Shown piece by piece: positions 15,091 through 29,984 of a stretch of DNA of 64,000 bases. The stretch is from the human T2T-CHM13v2.0 reference genome, Homo sapiens, in NCBI RefSeq assembly GCF_009914755.1, contig NC_060938.1. One strand, given 5' to 3'. The notes below the pieces were generated by a model. That model saw only the letters and a list, made by a program, of their open reading frames with translations. It ran no database searches and was not told the DNA's origin. Within the stretch, counting starts at the first letter, position 1. Each line of letters starts with the position of its first letter. Made by a program: the position numbers and the translations under genes.

Positions 15091-16896
15091 GAGACTTTAA
15101 AATTACTATGACTAGCATGTTAAAGAATCTTAGAGAAAAGGTGGACAATATGCATGAGCAATGGGAATTTCAGCAGAGACAGAAACTATAAAAAATAGTC
15201 AAATGGGAACTCTAAAAATATGAGATATAATATCAGAGATAAAGAATTCCTTCAACAGATTCATCAGTATACTGACTGACACTGCTGTGGAAAGAATTAG
15301 TGATTTTTAAATTAGAGCATTGTCCAAATCAAAAGATAAAGTGGAAAAAAGAAAACAGCACTCAAGAGCTGAGACATCAAATAATCTAACACACATGTAA
15401 TTGGAGTCCTACAAGGAAAAAAGAGAGTGAACAGGCATAAAGGCATATTTGAGGATATAATAGCTGATAATTTTCTAAAATTAATTAAATGTAACAACCA
15501 CAGATCTGAGAAGTTTAGAAAATCTCAAGAAGGATATATATAAAACATACACACAAGCAACCCTGGACATATCATGGTCAAACAACTGAAAACCAAAGAT
15601 TAAAGATAAAATTTTGAAGAAAAAGATGACACTCAGAGGAACCAAGATCTGAAAGATCCTTAAAGAGTAATTTCAGAAAGGTCACATATCCACAGTCAAC
15701 ATATGAAAAGTAGATGAAATTTATTAATGGTGTTGTAATTCAAAAACAGTTTGTTAAACATCTTCGATTAGCAACAGCATCAAGAGCAATTTGCAAGCAA
15801 ATAGTCAACTCTACAGAGGCATCATTCCTTTGAAGGCTCTGTGAAAGTTTTGGTCACTCTAATTTGGCTGATAATAACAAGTGAGTTAGGGCAGTATTTC
15901 TCAATCTGTCCTCTAGATCATGAGAAGCCTGTGAAAGTAATAATTTTTCACATGTAGAAAGACAATTGTATGCTCTTCAGCACAAGCTAAAAGATTGTTT
16001 TGGGCTGGATCGTACTATAGATACAGTGGTTAGTTTATTTTGACAAAAAGTTTTTTGTTTTCTTCTAACTTTTTAACTTAGAAACAATTTCAGGCTGAGA
16101 TAAATGATAAAGAGAATCCCTGTATACTTTAATTTTAATCCATATTTCTTGATTCCTTGAAATTAACATTTATTGCATTTCCTTTACCATTCTTCCTCTC
16201 CCTCTCCTTCCCTCCCCTTCCATATGCACACACACACACATTCATTTATAAGTTGTAGACATAATGCTCCTTGTTTCTATATTTGTATTGGTACATATTT
16301 GTATATGTGTGTGTACAATATACACACACATATACGAATATGTATATGTATATGTATATAGTGTGTGTTCTTAAGATGACAGTTTTTTGTAGGGTTTTAT
16401 GAGAAAGTATAGATGTTGTGTTCAATTAAATAATCTATTACTATCAAGTGTTAATATTTATGAAAATGCTAATAGTATTTGGATCTTTAAGCTGAAAGTG
16501 ATTCATAACTTGTATTGAGTATACTATTATTGGAAAGAAAGCCATTTATTCAACAAATATCTTTGGTGCACACATTATGTGCCAAGTACTATTGTAGGCA
16601 CTAAAGATACAGCAAAGACCCTACTCTTGGTGCTTATGTTGTGGGAAAAAGGAAGTTGAGGGCAGAAATCGACAATAATATGTACAATTGTCCCTTGGTT
16701 TCCATGGAGAATTGGTTCCAGGACCCTGCAAAGATACCTAAATCCACTGATGCTCAAGCTCCTTATATAAAACGGCATACTATTTGCAGATAACCTACAT
16801 ACATCCTCCCGTATAATTTAAATCACCTCTAGATTACTTATAATAACAAATACAATGTAAATGTTAGGTAAATAGTTTTTATACTCTATTATTTAA

Positions 16897-17361
<465 letters not shown>

Positions 17362-17578
17362 TTTCTTTTCTTTTCTTTTCCTTTCTTTTCTTTTCTTTTC
17401 TCTTCTCTTGTCTTCTTTCTCTCTTTCTTTCTTTCTCTTTCTTTCTTTCTCTCTCTCTTTCTTTCTCTCCTTCCTTCCTTCCTTCCTTCCTTCCTTCCTT
17501 CCTTCCTTCCTTCCTTCCTCTCTCCCTCCCTCCCTCTCTCTTTCCCTCTTTCCCTCTTTCTCTCTTTCTCTCTTTCTT
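17362..17578. repeat. Polypyrimidine (CTTT/CCTT/CT)n tract
   Basis: ~215 nt almost entirely C/T. Confidence 0.92.
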
Positions 17579-17781
17579 GAGAAGGTCTTGCTCTGTATCT
17601 CTCCTAGCTTGGGACTACAGGTGCACACCACCATGCCTAGCTAATTTTTTGTATTTTTTTTGTAGAAGATGGGGTTTCTCTATGTTGTCTAGGTTGGTGT
17701 CAAACTCCTGGGCTCAAGCAATTCACCTGCCTCAGCCTCCCAAAGTGCTAGGATTACAGGCATGAGCCACTGTGAACGGCC
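17576..17781 (-). mobile_element. Partial Alu (J-type)
   Basis: Reverse Alu with internal deletion. Confidence 0.82.
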
Positions 17782-17879
17782 TTAAATATTTTCAATCTAT
17801 GGTTGCTTGAAGCTACAGATGAGGAACTCACACTTATGGAGGGCCCACTATAAAATCATACTTCTAAAATATGTCTGGT

Positions 17880-18356
17880 GATATTAAAGAGAACCAGAGC
17901 CTGAGAGTAGTTAAAGCAGCAAAACTGATTTTCATTCAGGAGCTATTACAATCGGGGAAAAGAGACAGTATAGAACTGGGCTCAACTCCAAATATAGCAA
18001 AAGCAAGTGGAGATTTATAGCCAAGGAAACAGGTTGCAGGGGGTTGGGAGGTGAGTGGTCGGTGGACAGGAATCACTAAGAGGAGACATCAAGGGAGGGG
18101 GAACTCTTGCTGAACTGACTTAACAGGTTAGGGTGATCAGCCATCCCCTGGGGGACAGTGGGAGATGAGGAATTTGATCAGATATCAAGGGTGATCAGCT
18201 ACTGAGGGTGAAGGATTCCTCTTGACTGACATAGCATAATTCTCAGTAAAACCGGGCTCTGCAAGAATTGGACACAGAAGCCCAAGTTTGAGGCCAAATC
18301 TAGAAAAGGACTCAAAGGAGCCTGATTACAGTTTGGTCAAGGACACAATCTTTGTC
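17880..18356 (-). mobile_element. ERV1-type LTR (MER31-like)
   Basis: Ends GGTCAAGGACACAATCTTTGTC; overall resemblance to recalled consensus. Confidence 0.5.
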
Positions 18357-18755
18357 TGGAGTAGTAGGTGCTTTGATGAAAAAATATGGAAGGAAATGAG
18401 ATGGAGATGGTTTGGAGGGAGGACCTCTTTAATGAAGTGACACACTTCAGTGGGGACCTTTATGAACTGGCAGAGTGAGGCAGGTGCATACCTGGGGGAA
18501 GAGTGTAGCTGTCAGCGAATAGCAAATGTGAATACCCTGCTAAACCCACTCAAGGACCAGCAAGAAGGCAGTGTCACTTAAGTGGAATGAGCAAGGCTGA
18601 GGAGGTAAGATATGGTTGGTGAAGTAGCCAGTAGCTACAAATGTAGGACCTTTAGATAGCTTGGTAGGGAGTTTGGATGGTGTTGGTAAAGCATTTTGGA
18701 ACTTAATTTTTCTAAAAAAGAGCAGTACTGTAGCCAAATCAAAGAAATTTTCTAA

Positions 18756-19214
<459 letters not shown>

Positions 19215-19228
19215 TAAAAGTTAAAGGT

Positions 19229-19533
19229 TGGCTGGGCTTGGTGGCTGACACCTACAATCCCAGCACATTAGGAGGCCGAGTTGGGAGAACTGCTTGAGCC
19301 CAGGAATACAAGACCAGCCTGGGCACCAGAGTAAGACCCTATTTATTAAAAAAAAAAAAAGAAAAATTAGCTGGGCATGGTAGTGCATGCCTGTATCCCC
19401 AGCTACTTAAGGCAGGAGGATTAATTGAGCCTGGGAGGTAGAGGCTACAGTGAGCCATAATCTCACCACTGTACTCCAGCCTAGGTGACAGAGTAAGACC
19501 CTGTCTCGAAAAGAAATAAAAAATAAAAATAAA
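19229..19533 (+). mobile_element. Alu (J-type)
   Basis: Alu consensus; TSD AATAAAAGTTAAAGGT. Confidence 0.9.
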
Positions 19534-20692
19534 AGTTAAAGGTCTTTAACTGTTTTACATATAAATGCTAAATGGGAAGTAGATTTTATTTTGATTAAAA
19601 TGTCATTGTTTCAGCTAAAGAAAGTCTAGGTCTACTTTTCTTCTTAAAAAGTATTTTAAAAGAATCAGCCATGGCTCTTTGCCACTGAATAGGAATAAGG
19701 CACTCTTTCATATCATGTTCAATCACATCAGGATAAAACGGCGCCAAAGGTAGCTGTCACATAAATAGAATTTATACCAACGGAGTTCTCAGCCTACTTC
19801 AATTGTTGAAAATTAACTTATTTTCAGACTTCAAAACCTGATTTTCAGAGTACAAGAAGCTTGATAGAAAAAGCAATTCAGTGTAATCAGCTCTCTTTAT
19901 ATGCTTAGTTTAAAACTCTTTAGCCTGTCTTATATGATATGAATCAGAGGGAATTGATAAATATTCCTAAAAACACCTGGATGGATCACCTTAGTGAATG
20001 TCTAATTGCCTGTGAAATTCTGACTGTGAAGTTTTCTGTGAAACAAGAAAGTTTAGAATCAAAGGAGATGTTTAATAATTTTATTTTCACTTTCTTAAGA
20101 CCTTTGCTAAAATAACAGGTAATGATATCACTGGAGAGCTCTAGCAGAAAATAGATCTTGGCAATTGGTCAGTAATTTGAGATTAATGTAATGCAAATCA
20201 TGAACAAAAATTGAGAAGCATTTTATATATTTTCAGGGAGATTGCTAGTTTTATAGTGCTTTTTTGATTTGGAGGTTACTATAGTAGCAGCAGAGTATTA
20301 TTAAGTGTGTATTTCTCACCACATAAATAAAAGTTTTTGTTCAAGTATTTGAAATGCCAGTAATATTGGATTGTGACTACTTTATGGCATAAAATAGTTT
20401 TTCTATGAATAAAGGCTCACATAGGCTTAAGACTTCAAAAAAGTGAAGATTTGAAAACAAAGCTACAGAAATTAAAATTGTGTTGTATGGTTATAAATAT
20501 TAACCTTCATACCAATGGCACTGAAGAGACAAGGCAGAAATAGGATTCAGTATATACTAGAATTAGTAGAGGATGAAGGTAGTATTCTAAGTTACTGAAT
20601 CAAAGTGTCCAATAAATTACAGAATACAAAATAAATATTTTTAAAAACAAAAGATTTCCTATATAACAAAATTTTCTAGAAAGAAAACTATC

Positions 20693-21026
<334 letters not shown>

Positions 21027-21318
21027 TCAAAGGCTTTGGCATTTTAATAAAAAATGTTATACAGCACCATGTTTTTAAATGGTTAAAATTGGTTCCCTAC
21101 GCATTTAAACAGATGCCAAAGTACACATTCAAACATTACAATATTTATTTAAAATATAACTGTCAATTTTGCACTTAGTATAAAAGTATAGTATGTATTG
21201 AACTTCATTCAACTATTCATTCAACAAACGTCTATAAAATGATTATTGTCATGTGCCATTTGCTGAATGAATACATTAAAGTCTACTTGGAGAATCAGAT
21301 ATTACAATGTAGCACAAT

Positions 21319-21645
21319 GTTTTATTTTTTTATTTTTATTTATTTATTTATTTATTTCAGATGGAGTCTTGCTCTGTTGCCTGGGCTGGAATGCAGCGGC
21401 ATGATCTCAGCTCACTGCAACCTCTACCTCCAGGGTTCAAGAGATGCTCCTGCCTCAGCCTCCTGAGTAGCTAGGACTACAGGCGTGTGCCACCAAACCC
21501 GGCTAATTTTTATGCTTTTTGTGGAGATAGGGTTTTGCCATATTGGCCAGGCTGGTCTCGAACTCCTGAGCTCAAGTGATCTGCCTGCCTCAGCCTCCCA
21601 AAGTGCTGGGATTACGCCCAAAGATGTGAGCCACCGCTCCTGGCC
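21319..21645 (-). mobile_element. Alu with (TTTA)n tail
   Basis: Reverse Alu consensus. Confidence 0.9.
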
Positions 21646-21849
21646 TAGTTTTATAATAAGAGTATTAATGATATCTTGCAGACAGGCCCTTGGGGCATCC
21701 GTAAGGTTCACAGTAGAGTGGGAATTTGGCCTGAATCTATCTACACCAATAAGAAAAAAAGGCATGTGGAGAGGAGATAAGGACACTGCAGATGTTAGAC
21801 AGCATATGGGAAGACACTATATGAAGTTCAGATGGAGTAGGGAGAAGTC

Positions 21850-22070
21850 AAGTGTGGTTAGAAGTGTACAGTTGGTTGAGGGTGCAGGATTTTGACTAAA
21901 CATGAGTTCAAATTCTGGTTGCGCTACTCACTAGCTGGAGGACTTTTTGCAAGTAACTAAACCTAAGTTGCTGTCCTTTCATCTGTAAAATGGGGATAGT
22001 AATAATACCTAGCTTGCAGAGTTAATAGGAAGATTTAAGAGCACGTGTGGAACCTAGTATTGTGTCTAAC
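21850..22070 (+). mobile_element. MIR
   Basis: GAGTTCAAATTCTGG...CATCTGTAAAATGGGGATAGTAATA core. Confidence 0.7.
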
Positions 22071-22097
22071 CTACCCAGACTAAGAGCTAAATAAATG

Positions 22098-22463
<366 letters not shown>

Positions 22464-22985
22464 TCAAAAAACATTTGGCTACATATTTCTGAGAATTTTT
22501 CATTCCATGGCCTTAAAATTATTTTAGTTTTTAAATTTAATTTATTATTTATTATTATTTTTTGGAGACAGAGTCTTACTATGTTGCTGAGACTGGCCTC
22601 AAATTCCTGGGCTCAAGCAATCCTCCCACCTCAGCCTCCCAAATATCTGGGACTACAGGCACGCACCTGGCCATTCTATGGCTTTTTAAATGACAAGTGA
22701 GTGTTAATTGCCAACCTCTTTTAGATGTTCTCTAAAAGAAAATGATATTTATTCAGGAATAGGACATTGCAATGGGAATATGTGTGCCATAGTAAACTAT
22801 ATGCATATTAAGGGAGGTAAAGGAAGATAAAGGTTTTAAAAGGAAAAATAAAGAGGATTACAGAATTGTTTTGAAGTGATTCTCCTTCAAAGGATCATAA
22901 CAAGGATCTGTAACAAGCGTGGCATCAGTCAAGGTTGGCTGGCAGATGTCCTCACAGAAGTATTTTTTGTGTAAGGTTGTGATGA

Positions 22986-23403
<418 letters not shown>

Positions 23404-23809
23404 GATTTTGTTCGTTTTTAACACAAATGACACCATTTTGATTCTGAGGACTTTCATGTAATAATGAGTTCACTTTTTCATATGGAGCCCAAGAGTATAA
23501 AAGTGTCACTTCTTCCTGACCAAAAATACGGTAAACGAGTTACTTCAGACTACATTCACTTTAGGGAATAATCTCTACCCCAGAATCAGTGGTTTATGTA
23601 ACTGCCTGTTATAGAACTTGATAATCTTAAAAAGCTTTACAGAGAGCATCTATTACATGGTAAAATGTCCAAAAAGTAGAAAATTTCTATGAATTCAAGC
23701 ATATGCATGTGGCTTTGCAAGTATTTTAAAATCATTTGCATGAGTAATTGTCCCTTGAAAGAATAAGCTGCATTCGCATGTCTCTTTCTTTAGGTCTGTT
23801 TCTGTCTCA

Positions 23810-24960
23810 GCCTATTGCACTCAGGTTTCTGTTCCTATTCACTCTTGACTCCCTGAAATGACTCTGACAAATATTGCAAATAGATACCTAATGGCCAATG
23901 GCCAAATCAATGACTTTTTTTAAGCTTTTCATTTCCATGAATTCTCAGAAGTGAACATGGTTGAACTGCCTCTTCTTTTTGAAATTCTGTCTGTACTTTG
24001 GCTTCATGATGCCACACCCACTTGGTTTTCCTCTTACATCTCTGGCCACTCTTTCTCAGTAGATTTTATTTTTCCTCTTTTCATTACCTGCCCCTCAATG
24101 TTGGGAATCTGCAGGGTTTCTGTCTTTGGCTCTCTTCTCATTCTACAAATTCTCTGTGGGATGATTTCATCCTCTTTATTGCTTTCCATGAGCAGATGTA
24201 TAATAATATGAGTCTCAAATTTAATCTCCATCCCTGACCTTGCTCCATTGTTTCTGACTGGCTTCTAACTCTAGTTACTAACAGAATATCTCCATCTGGC
24301 TGTCCCAGAGACACTTAAAATCATTATATCCCAAAATGAATTTAATCTCTGTTTTTTTCCAACCTTTTCTGTCTCCTTCACTCTCATCTTGGTGACTGGC
24401 TCCCCTATCCATACATGCACAACCCAGAGAGCTGGGAGTTATCCTGGCTTCTTTTCTTTCCTTAGCCAAATGCCCTCCCCATATTCAGTCGGTGTCCAAG
24501 TACTGTTGATTCTATTTCTTGAACATGTTTTGGCCTCTTCTGTCCATCCCCATTACTCCCAGCAACTCACATCATGACTATTGCAATAGTATCCTAACCA
24601 GTCTCCTTGCCTTCACTTTTAGTCAATCAAGTTGTTTCGTTTCACTGGTAAAACTTCTCTGGTGGCTTTTCACTGATTATGGGCTAAAACCCAAACTTCC
24701 CTGCATGGTGTTCCATATTCTTGATGATCTGGCTTCAGTGAATCTTTGTGTCTTCTTTTTTTTCCACCCCTCCTTTTCTGTCCACAGGATTGCATGCTGT
24801 TGGGAAACTTTTCCTCAGCGGCTGACTGCAGAGCTGTTTATGAACCCCACACACAGGTAGAATCACTCAGTCCTGTGCCTACGTCCATAACCGCATTCTC
24901 TCACAGGTTTCCATCATAGCTCCTATCACCCTTTATTTAACGTATTTGTTTATATGCACA
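23810..24960. mobile_element. Degraded L2 LINE
   Basis: L2-typical pyrimidine-rich motifs (TCCTGGTTTTCCTCTTAC-like, ACTATTGCAATAG, ATCCCAAAATGAA). Confidence 0.6.
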
Positions 24961-25174
24961 TTTCACCCTATTTCTCTGGCATCTCATAGTATTTAAAAGA
25001 ATTTTTGGCATAAATATCGGTATCAATAGATATACATCAAGCACTTTCTTAAGGAATTCCTCAAGAAACTTCCTCCAAGAACTTCCTCAAGGAACTGGGA
25101 AAATGAGAACAACTTCCTATCTCTTTGGTAATTCCTCAAACTGTTCTATCTCTAGCATGTAATAAACATTGTCT

Positions 25175-25640
25175 TGCTGTGGGGTAATTAAGGAATCAGA
25201 GAGATCGAGGGGTTAAGGAGGAATTATTTAATTATTTAGGTGCACCGACCCAGTCGGATTAACATCAAAAGGACTGAGCCTCGAACAGAGAGTCAAGCTA
25301 CCTTTTAAGCATTTTTTGGGGCAGGGGGAGATCTATGCAGGGGGAAGCATGTTACAGAAGCGAGAAACAAAGACAGTTATTCAATTAAGACATGCATTAC
25401 ATTATTTCTTACTTTTCAAGGAACAACATGTTTTACGACTTGACATTATCTGTCTAGTGACCTTGCAGCTGCACAGCTAGAGAAACAGAGTCTTCACAAT
25501 GCCTGGGAAAGGGAGAGATAAGGTCCACTAGCCACAGAAAAACAGGCAGTTAATTTTAAAGGACTCCAGCTCTTTCTCTTCTTCAGGGGGAATTGAGTTT
25601 TCTTACATACAACTGAGTTTTTGCTTACACATTCTTTAAT
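25175..25640 (-). mobile_element. Intact ERV1-class solo LTR (LTR15-like)
   Basis: TG...CA termini, minus strand starts TGAAATAGGAATTAAAAGAAATTAAAG; 4-bp TSD GTCT on both sides. Confidence 0.8.
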
Positions 25641-25901
25641 TTCTTTTAATTCCTATTTCAGTCTGACTGAAATTAGAGGAGCTACCTGGCTGCATACATT
25701 ACTGATTCCCCGCCAACGTGTTTCTATGTTCTTTGAAAGACAATGTAATTGTGCCTTACTTGAAGTAAATTGATGTGATCTCCACAGTCATCCCATAAAA
25801 TATTCACTATCATTATCACTATCATTATAATCTGGCTCAAAGGCCAGATTAAGATGGTCAAATAAATTAGTTTGTTAAACCAATTTAAAACACACAGTCT
25901 T

Positions 25902-26040
25902 AGCTTTGTACAGTGGAAATATGGTAGCCAATGAGGTTTATCCTAGGTTATTGCTAATTGAAAACTTTTTCCAATACCCTGCCATGACAACTTGCAAGAT
26001 AGTCAGCACTGGCAATTTTTGACAGTCACTATGGAGACTG
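25902..26040 (+). pseudogene. U4 snRNA pseudogene, near full length
   Basis: AGCTTTG..CAGTGG...GTAGCCAATGAGGTTTATCC...TTATTGCTAATTGAAAACTTTT...GGCAATTTTTGACAGTC...GGAGACTG matches U4; CpG decay and a ~5-nt deletion (CGCGA). Confidence 0.92.
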
Positions 26041-26285
26041 AATTGTTTTAGAAAAAAGTGGGAAGCAAGGGGAAAGAGATTCAGTAGGTGAACACATTTA
26101 GATCATGCAGGTGAAAGGACCACACTACTGTGGGTCACTCAATGTTCACATGTTCTGCCTCTCTCTCTGCCTCATCTGCCTTCTCCAAAGATGGCATGGT
26201 TACAAGAACCAGAGTGTAGGTAAGAATGTTCAGAGATGGAAAGTTCATGGTGCCAGTCTATGTTTGCTCTATCAAAAAGACTGAG

Positions 26286-26608
26286 GTTGCTGAGTGCTGT
26301 GGCTCACACCTGTAATTCCAACACTTTGGAAGATTGAAGCACGCAGAGTACTTGAGTCCAGGAGTTCAAGAACAGCCTGGGCAACATGGCGAGACCACGT
26401 CTCTACAAAAAATTTAAAAAAAAATTAGCTGGGCATGATGGTGCGTGCTTGTAGTCCCAACTACCCGGGAGGATGAGGTGGGAGGATCACCTGAGACCTG
26501 AAGGTTGAGGCTGCAGTGAGCAGGCAATGAGTCATGATTGTGCCACTGCACTCCAGCCTGGACGACAGAGCAAGATCCTGTCCCCAAACAATAAAAATAA
26601 TAAAAAGA
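26286..26608 (+). mobile_element. Alu (J-type)
   Basis: Alu consensus. Confidence 0.87.
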
Positions 26609-27135
26609 TAGAGGTAAGTATGAGCTACACCTATAGCTCAGCAATGACCTGATGAGCAGCAGTATACATTTTAAGCACAAAACAAGTGGGTTAGAATGGA
26701 TGATACCAATGGGTGGTCAATTTGAGGCAACAAGACTGATCCATGCTTTATGAATATTTAAGGTTTATTTTGCTTTCCATCTCTGTTTACAAGTAACACT
26801 CTTGTTTGTTTTGTCCTTTTAACGTATGTCTAAGAAGTAAATATCTATTCTATGTTTAACATGTTTCATGGGTTAATGATTTACTTATTATCTGTACTTA
26901 ACATATGAACTGATGTAACATATACTTACAGATAAGTTTCATCTATCCCATTTGTTTTTCCTATTCTTTAGGGCAGAATTGAAAATTCTTAAATAATACA
27001 GCAAATGCATGTTACATTATGGATAAAAAATCTGAGGCACAGGCCAGTAAGTCCCTTCCACAAAGTCCCCACAACTTTGCCAAGGGCATGAAAAAGTCAG
27101 GTTTCAAATACAAAACATCTGGCCCCAGAGCCCAA

Positions 27136-27312
27136 TTTTTTTTTTTTTTTTTTTTTAGTGACAGGGTCTTGCTCTGCTGCCAGGCTGGAGTGCAATGGCA
27201 TGCTCATGGCTCACTGCAGCCTTGACTTCCTGGGCTCAAGGCTCAAGTGGTCCTCCTTGCCTTTGGCCTCCCAAAGTGCTGAGATTATAGGCCTGAGCCA
27301 CCATGCCCGGCC
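27136..27312 (-). mobile_element. Short Alu (internally deleted/monomeric)
   Basis: Poly(T) + partial Alu. Confidence 0.82.
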
Positions 27313-27670
27313 TCAGACCCCACTTCTTAATCATCATCCTAAACTGATTCCTAATTTGCCTGAGAAAACACGGCTGCTAAATCTAACCTTAAGTCCAGTG
27401 CTCTTCGTGCTAATTACTCTTTGTGTATAAGTACTCTCCGGCCAGGAGATCTGTCTTGTTGATCTCTGCATTCTTACCACCAAGCACAGAGCCCGGGCAA
27501 ATACTTGTTGACCAAGAAAATATCTCATTTTATGCCTTTTGTTTTTCTTTTGGGTTAAATGTGCAGAATAATTCCAATTTAACATTTAAGAAAATTTAAA
27601 CTTTGGCATTTAAAGTTAAATTACCTTAGGTATTTGATTTAAGACTGATTAACCTAAAGAAATATCTAGT

Positions 27671-28897
27671 TGCTACAGAGTAAAAGATAAGGATCTATGA
27701 ACTGAGATCTAGCATCGATTGTGAAACTAACCCTTTTAAAGGGCTTGTTTCTCTGTGCTTCACTTTCTCTAGGAGGAAAATGGTCCTAGTAACTCTTATC
27801 TATTCCCTTCACCAGGAATTGTTACATTGTCTATTCTTCCTATTACTAGCATATCTTTAAAAAAATGGTTTCTGCTTTATCAGTTAGATATTATTAAAAA
27901 ATGTAAGTCTGTCTATAAATTCATAAAATCAATGAACCATAAACATATTTACATGATATTAAAAATAACATATTTTTATATCCTTTTAAAGACACATTTT
28001 ATGCTACATTTGGACATGTTTAACATCCTGTAATTTACTAAATATCCTACAATTTTCCTCATTCATTTGACTTTTGTGAGAGGAAAAAAACAGCCTTCTG
28101 AAAGAAGTTAACACACATTATATGCTACTAAAATATTTTAATGCCTCATTTGTTCCACATTTATTTATATGTTTATTGGCATGTTTATTTCCCCACTTAT
28201 GTAAATAGTGTTTCTCTGTAGGAAGTTGGCAATAATCTCAATAGATACATGACTAGAACTCAATGTAGTGGGTGATTAATCCTGGCTACCCATCAGAATC
28301 ACCTGAGACACTTAAAAAAACAAAACCGATGCCCCAGTCCTACCTCAAACAATTTAAGTCAATATTTCTAGGGCTGGAATTGGGACATCTCTATTTTTAA
28401 GAACTTCTCAGATATTCTACAAAATACTTGACCAGCACTTTTCAACACTGTCAAGGTCATCATAAACAAGGAATGTCTAAAAAACTGCCACAGTGTCAGA
28501 GGAGGTGAAGGAGACATGATAACCGAATGTTATGTGGTACCCTAAGTGAGATCCTGGAATAGAGAAATAACATTAAGGGAAAACTACTGAAATCCAAATA
28601 AACTGTGGAGTTTATTTAATAGTAATGTACCATTGTTGATTCCTTAGTTGTAACAAATGTATCATCTTACACTAAAACAAATGTCAACATCTCACACAAT
28701 AGAGAAACTGGGTATATGGGAACTGTCTACTATTTTTGTGACTTTTCTGTAAATCGAAAACTATTCTTTAAAAAAGTTTATTTAGAACATCTGACTATAT
28801 GCTAGAGAGTAAAAGATAAGGATCTATGAACTGAGATCTAGCATCATTTGTGAAACTGACCCTTTTAAAGGGTTTCTCTGTGCTTCACTTTCTCTAG
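27671..28897 (+). repeat. ~100-bp direct repeat pair (27671-27772 and 28800-28897)
   Basis: Near-identical AGAGTAAAAGATAAGGATCTATGAACTGAGATCTAGCATC...CACTTTCTCTAG in both copies. Confidence 0.93.
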
Positions 28898-29971
28898 TAG
28901 GGTTGAAAATCACTTACATAGTAATCTGCTTACAGTGTACCAGAAAACAAAAAGACGCTGTGAAATATTGAGCCCAATTGTCAATTGTCGGCATGTGCGT
29001 TCTTAAAAATTTGACACTCAGAAACCATGGGCTGCTTCATTAGGACCTTTAGGGAGATTACATTTCTACCGGCAGTTCCAGGAGAACACAAATAGACTAA
29101 TGACAATACACTTAACTGTAACAATGACAATCCTGATAATTACTGACTTCCAAAATACAACAATTCAAGAAAGACTGCTTAGTAGAGAATAAAAGGTAAC
29201 AATAAATTTCTTAGTTTAGAAGCATAAGTTTCATTTTAATACCTATGAAAAATATAAATATGTGGATTAAATAGAATGTCTAATGTTTTCTCAGACCCCA
29301 GTGGTTTGAGAAAAGCCTACCTGGATTTAGCCGGTCACACCTCTCTTTTCATAACCATTGCAATTTTAAGCATATTTGTCATCTGTGCAAATTTCTAGAG
29401 AAAAGTCAGAATTGTGTTTGAAGAAATCACTCTGCACAAGTAAACCCTTGCCAAACAGCAAGTGCCAGGAGACGATGTTTCACAAAGCTTTTAAAAATTA
29501 TTATTATTATTATTATTATTATTATTTTGCACACATTATCTAGTTTGGTAAAACTGTCACCAATTTACAATCCGGAATCACCATGTGAGTCGAATTAACA
29601 AATGTATTAGCAACTTGTAGTCAACCAGATTGCAGTTCCAGCTCCCTAACTCAATGCAATTTTAATAATTTCTCTTCTCTGAGTCTATCTCAGTTTCTCA
29701 TCTGTAAAATGAGTAAAAGCAAACCACTTGCAGTTCAGATGTTGAGATTCGGTGGGAAGGACCTCGAGAAACAGCGGACAATTTCAGGATTTAGGACTTT
29801 AGGTCTTGATGGGTGGATGGTACTGTGGAAGCTGTTTACTTGTTTGTATTTCTAGAATCGGAAGGTAAAGCGAAAGGGATGGAAACGAGCGAATGGAAGA
29901 AGTAGGACAGACACCAGACAGAGATCAACTCCAGGGACTCTTCCGGACCTGCAGGGCAGGCAGAGCATTCG

Positions 29972-29984
29972 GTTGCTAGGCAGC
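29972..29984 (+). promoter_or_regulatory. Candidate RFX X-box (GTTGCTAGGCAGC)
   Basis: Close match to X-box consensus GTTGCYnnGGCAAC, ~340 nt upstream of ATG of a ciliary gene. Confidence 0.6.
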
